A stretch of 19,283 nucleotides of DNA from Myxococcota bacterium (lineage in GTDB: Bacteria > Myxococcota > JACRCW01): contig JBFMGU010000204.1 in assembly GCA_040752415.1 (NCBI GenBank), forward strand, positions 1-19,283, read 5' to 3'. The notes below the pieces were generated by a model that was not told the origin of the DNA, made no database searches, and was given only the letters and a program-made list of their open reading frames with translations. Position numbers and translations under genes: made by a program. This document shows positions 15,811 through 19,283 of this stretch, in pieces (position 1 is the stretch's first letter; each line of letters begins with the position of its first letter).

Positions 15811-17012
15811 GCATCGCCACCGGTGCCCACGCCGTCGACGTAGCTGCGTCCCTTCCACGTCACGGGTGCCTTGCGCACGGCCACCACCGTGGCGCGGATG
15901 AGCAGGAGGGCCACCAGCAGCGCTCCCAACGGCGCGAACACCGCGTCCCGCGCACGCACCCCGCCGGTGCGGCGTAGCAGCATCTGCATGGACAGGGGGA
16001 TCAGGTAGCCCACGCTCCAGACCGCTGCGTCCAGCCAGGCACGCTGCAGCGCCAAGAGGAGCGACGTCACCAGCGCCGCGGCCGGCGTCCACGACAGCGC
16101 AATCACCAACGCCGCGTAACCCAGCGCCCGCCCCGGCGTGCCGCCCACCAGCGGGTACGCATTCTTGCTCCACCCCTGCCAGAGCTCGTGCAATGAGCTG
16201 TACATGCGCGTGCTCATCACCGCCTGTCCGTCGACGAGCAGGATGGGAATCCGCAGCTGTTTGACCCGCCGCGCCAGCAGCACGTCCTCCAGCACCTGGC
16301 TGCGCACCGCCTCGTGACCACCCGCGCGCGCGTAGGCTTCCGGCGTCACCATCAGCAGCTGACCGTTGGCGAGCACCGCGGGTTTGTCGACGTCATTCAC
16401 GTGGCTGGGCTTGTGCCGCGCGGTGATGAGCGCGGATACGCTGGGGCCGCCCACGCGCTCCCAGAACGTCACGCACTCCAGGTGCGGCAGCGCGGAGGCC
16501 AGTCCCGCGTGGCGCTCACGCATCAGCGCCGCCAGTTCGGCCAGCGCGGTGGGCTGCAGGATGACGTCGGCGTCGACGAACGCAATCACGTCTGGCGTGG
16601 TGCCGTCCGTGGATTTCCCGGCGCGCGCGTCGTAGCCGGCGGTGCTGAGTGCGCGCTCCAACGCATGCGGCTTCCCGCACCAGCCCGGCGGCGGCTCCTG
16701 TTGACCGCGCACCACCGTGAGCCGCCCGCCCGACGCGGGCACCAGCATCTCGGCGAGGGCCGCGGTGTCGTCGGTGGACCGGTCGTCATACAGGATGACG
16801 CGCAGGTCCACGCCCTGTTGCGCCAACACCCCACGCAGCGCGCGCTCCACCACCTCCGACTCATTGCGCGCCGGAATGACGCACAGCACGCGCGGCGTGG
16901 TCGACGAGGCGGGGAGGGTGCCGGTCAGCCGCGGCATGCCGCGCACCTCCTTGCGCGCCGCCACGGCCAGGGCCAGCCACGTCAACGCCAGGAGCAGCGG
17001 CAGGGCCAGCAC
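15807..17012 (-). CDS. Membrane glycosyltransferase family 2 (carotenoid/hopanoid glycosyltransferase-like)
   Basis: IPARNE, DDRSTDDT, PPGWCGKPHAL, FVDADV, ANGQLL, LEDVLLAR, RMY...GWSKN. It has an N-terminal and several C-terminal hydrophobic segments. Confidence 0.9.
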   Translation of the reverse strand: MLALPLLLALTWLALAVAARKEVRGMPRLTGTLPASSTTPRVLCVIPARNESEVVERALRGVLAQQGVDLRVILYDDRSTDDTAALAEMLVPASGGRLTVVRGQQEPPPGWCGKPHALERALSTAGYDARAGKSTDGTTPDVIAFVDADVILQPTALAELAALMRERHAGLASALPHLECVTFWERVGGPSVSALITARHKPSHVNDVDKPAVLANGQLLMVTPEAYARAGGHEAVRSQVLEDVLLARRVKQLRIPILLVDGQAVMSTRMYSSLHELWQGWSKNAYPLVGGTPGRALGYAALVIALSWTPAAALVTSLLLALQRAWLDAAVWSVGYLIPLSMQMLLRRTGGVRARDAVFAPLGALLVALLLIRATVVAVRKAPVTWKGRSYVDGVGTGGDA

Positions 17013-17024
17013 GTGGGAGCTCCC

Positions 17025-18152
17025 TCAGCGCTTGAGCAGCTCGTCGTAGATGGCCTCATAGCCCTCCACCATGCGCGCCGGGTGGAAACGCGCTTCCGCC
17101 ACCCTGCGTGCCGCGCTGGCCATGGCCGCCCGTCGACGATCATCCTTCAGCAGCGCCACCACCTGCGCCGCCACGTCGTCGGGATCATCCGCGCGGGCAC
17201 TGATGGCGGGGCTCCCTTCCAGCTCACACAGCTCCTGCAGCGTCGGAGCGTCGCCCACCACGGCGGGCAGCTCGCGCGCAAACCCCTCCAGCAGCACCAG
17301 CGGGTAGTCCATCTTCTTCTCCAGCGAGCGCGCCGGGAGCACCTGCAGGTCCGCGGCCAGCAGCAGCTCCTCCATGCGGTCCGTCTCGCCGGTGAAGCGC
17401 GTGCGGTCCATGAGCGCGCTGCCCCGCACCAACGCCTTCAGCTCCTCCTCCGCCATCAGGCTGTGACGCGTCTTGGCCCGACACGCCAGGACGAACTGCG
17501 CCTCCGGCACCTGCCGCGCAATCTTGGGCATGGCAGCCACGAACACCGGCGCACCGCGCCCGGGCTCGAGGTCACCGGCAAACAGCAGCACCGGTCCGTT
17601 GCCGAGCCGCAGGGCCTCCTTGGCGCGCACGCGGTCCTCGGGGTCCGGTCGACGAGGAATGGGCACGCACGGGTCCAGCCGCAGCAGCCCCGGAACTCCC
17701 GCGCGGGAGAGCAGCGCGTGCGCGTACGCGCTCAGCACCACGGTGCGGTCGGCAAAACAGCTGGCCAGCAGCGGCGTCCCCGTGGCGGGAAGGCTGCACA
17801 CGGTGTGCACCGTGGGACGGTGGCGCGTGGAAACCCCCAGTGCCGCGTGGGCAATGAGCGCCGTGCGTGGATTGGGCGCGAAGAAGAAGTGGTACGCGTC
17901 CACGCCGAGGGCGGGGCCCAACAGGCGCAAGGCAACCCGCGCGTTCTGCGCCACGGAAGGCGCGTAGCGGCCGGGGTCCGGGTAGATGCGCTCCACCTCG
18001 ATGGGCCCGGGAGGGATGGGACCCCGACGTGGCGCCATGACCCGGTACCGGTAGCGGCGGCCATGCGTGGCCAGGTCACGTGCCAGGTTCTTGGAGCTGT
18101 CCCGCCACGGAGGACCGAACGGCTTGGTGACCAGGAGGATGCGGTCAGGCAT
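17025..18152 (-). CDS. Glycosyltransferase family 4 (GT-B fold)
   Basis: MPDRILLVTKP, VLLFAGDL, LLAADLQVLP, MDYPLVLLEGFARELPAVV, and C-terminal RFHPARMVEGYEAIYDELL. The start is placed at the ATG at 18152. Confidence 0.87.
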   Translation of the reverse strand: MPDRILLVTKPFGPPWRDSSKNLARDLATHGRRYRYRVMAPRRGPIPPGPIEVERIYPDPGRYAPSVAQNARVALRLLGPALGVDAYHFFFAPNPRTALIAHAALGVSTRHRPTVHTVCSLPATGTPLLASCFADRTVVLSAYAHALLSRAGVPGLLRLDPCVPIPRRPDPEDRVRAKEALRLGNGPVLLFAGDLEPGRGAPVFVAAMPKIARQVPEAQFVLACRAKTRHSLMAEEELKALVRGSALMDRTRFTGETDRMEELLLAADLQVLPARSLEKKMDYPLVLLEGFARELPAVVGDAPTLQELCELEGSPAISARADDPDDVAAQVVALLKDDRRRAAMASAARRVAEARFHPARMVEGYEAIYDELLKR

Positions 18153-18335
18153 TTGCTGTGCGACTCCGGCGAGAACCGCCTTGGGGCGGGGCAGACTAGT
18201 ACGCGACCCTGGGCGACGCATGGAAAACCTTTGCCCGCCTCCGGGGTGTGGGCGTGCGCCACCTGGCGCGTCCTGCTATGGAGGCCACGTTCCAGGTGTC
18301 CCTGACGGACGGGACCACGTCACGCGAGGTGAAGG

Positions 18336-19046
18336 ATGAGCAACGGCGGCTTCTTTGCACGGTTGTCCAACCTGTGGACCGGGTTCCTGAGCCTGTGGGT
18401 CAGCGACGTGGAGAAGGAGCACCCGGAGATCGCGTACGAGAACTCCATCAACTCGATGATCGAGAAGTACACGCAGCTCAAGAAGGCCACCGCGGCCATC
18501 ATCCGTCGTCGGGAAGACATCTCCACGCGGCTGCGCGCCCAGACCACGGAGCTGGCGCAGGTGGAGGCGGAGCTGCAGACCGCCATTGAGACCAACCAGG
18601 ATGACCTGGCGCTGGTGCTCCTGCAGAAGAAGAACACGCTGGACGCGGATATCCGGGACCTCACCGCCGACGCCGACCAGGCCGTGAAGGACGCCGAGGA
18701 AGCCAAGGCCTCGCTCATGGACGTCCAGGGTGAGATCAACAAGCTCAAGGCGGAGAAGGACCGCATGCTGGCGAAGATGGCCAGCGCCAAGGCGCGCATC
18801 CAGATCCAGGAGCAGCTGGACGGCATCAGCGTCTCCGCCGACGTCAAGGCGCTGGACAACGTGCGCGAGCACATCAATAACCTGGAGAGCCAGGCCAATC
18901 TCAACAAGGAGCTCAAGGAGTCCAACCTGGATGAGCGCCTCAAGAAGCTCCGCCAGTCCACCGGCGACGTCACCGTGCGTCGTCAGCTGGAGGAGATGAA
19001 GGCCAAGGCCGCCGCCGCCAAGGCGCAGACCACCAAGACGCTCTAA
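18336..19046 (+). CDS. PspA/IM30 (Vipp1) family protein
   Basis: N-terminal amphipathic [10 protein letters not shown]...EHPE, a long coiled coil, DDLA...L.KK, LKAEK...AKA, and L.EMKAK at the C-terminus. GAGGTG lies upstream of the ATG. Confidence 0.88.
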   Translation: MSNGGFFARLSNLWTGFLSLWVSDVEKEHPEIAYENSINSMIEKYTQLKKATAAIIRRREDISTRLRAQTTELAQVEAELQTAIETNQDDLALVLLQKKNTLDADIRDLTADADQAVKDAEEAKASLMDVQGEINKLKAEKDRMLAKMASAKARIQIQEQLDGISVSADVKALDNVREHINNLESQANLNKELKESNLDERLKKLRQSTGDVTVRRQLEEMKAKAAAAKAQTTKTL

Positions 19047-19154
19047 TACTACCTGGTCACCTGACGTCGTCACCGTAGTGTCCCGGGAACAGTCACGCCG
19101 GTGGTATCCAGCCGGTATCCAGGGCGTGAGCCGGCGCCGCAGCCGTAGGGGCTA
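19047..19154. repeat. Third copy of the 13952-14349 repeat unit
   Basis: TACTACCTGGTCACCTGACGTCGTCACCGTAGTGTCCC...GTATCCAGGGCGTGAGCCGGCGCCGCAGCCGTAGGGGCTA matches both arms of the 14-kb element. Confidence 0.93.
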
Positions 19155-19283
19155 AGAGCTGGCCAGAAGTTCCTTCACATCTGGAAGACTCCGGTTGAGC
19201 CCGAACAGCTCCGGCCAAAGCGGTATTTCAGACCGCACTCCCAAGGTGCCGGCCGCGCCCATCCCATTGGGCGGAGAAGCCGG

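Noticed and set aside
18264..18277. Sigma54 promoter for the pspA-like gene (TGGCGCGTCCTGCT)
   Set aside because: The GG-to-GC spacing is 8 nt, not the required 10.
16314..18305. 663-aa plus-strand ORF
   Set aside because: It is the antisense shadow of the GT2 and GT4 genes and shows no recognisable motifs.

Overview
A GC-rich (roughly 70% by eye), gene-dense bacterial window whose gene content and codon style suggest Myxococcota (inference). From left to right it holds: a partial Cys-rich lipoprotein (-); a three-gene operon coupled by ATGA overlaps, made of an ApbE-family protein with substituted catalytic residues, an alphaKG-HExxH-type protein and a small EpmC/YfcM-like HExxH protein; a ~275-bp perfect-geometry inverted repeat; a STAND-type protein with two degenerate class III cyclase domains, an AAA ATPase and TPRs (-); a secreted protein with three helical repeats (-); a hybrid receiver/histidine kinase; a phosphoribosyltransferase (-); archease plus RtcB; two tandem BON proteins; a ~400-bp composite inverted-repeat element with a third copy at the right edge; a SagB/ThcOx-type oxidoreductase (-); a single-domain response regulator; GT2 and GT4 glycosyltransferases (-); and a PspA/IM30 protein. 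No rRNA, tRNA, CRISPR array or transposase was seen. The best candidate for an undescribed system is the ApbE-like/HExxH/EpmC-like operon (421-3478), followed by the two families of long intergenic inverted repeats. All calls come from reading motifs by eye; no database search was run.
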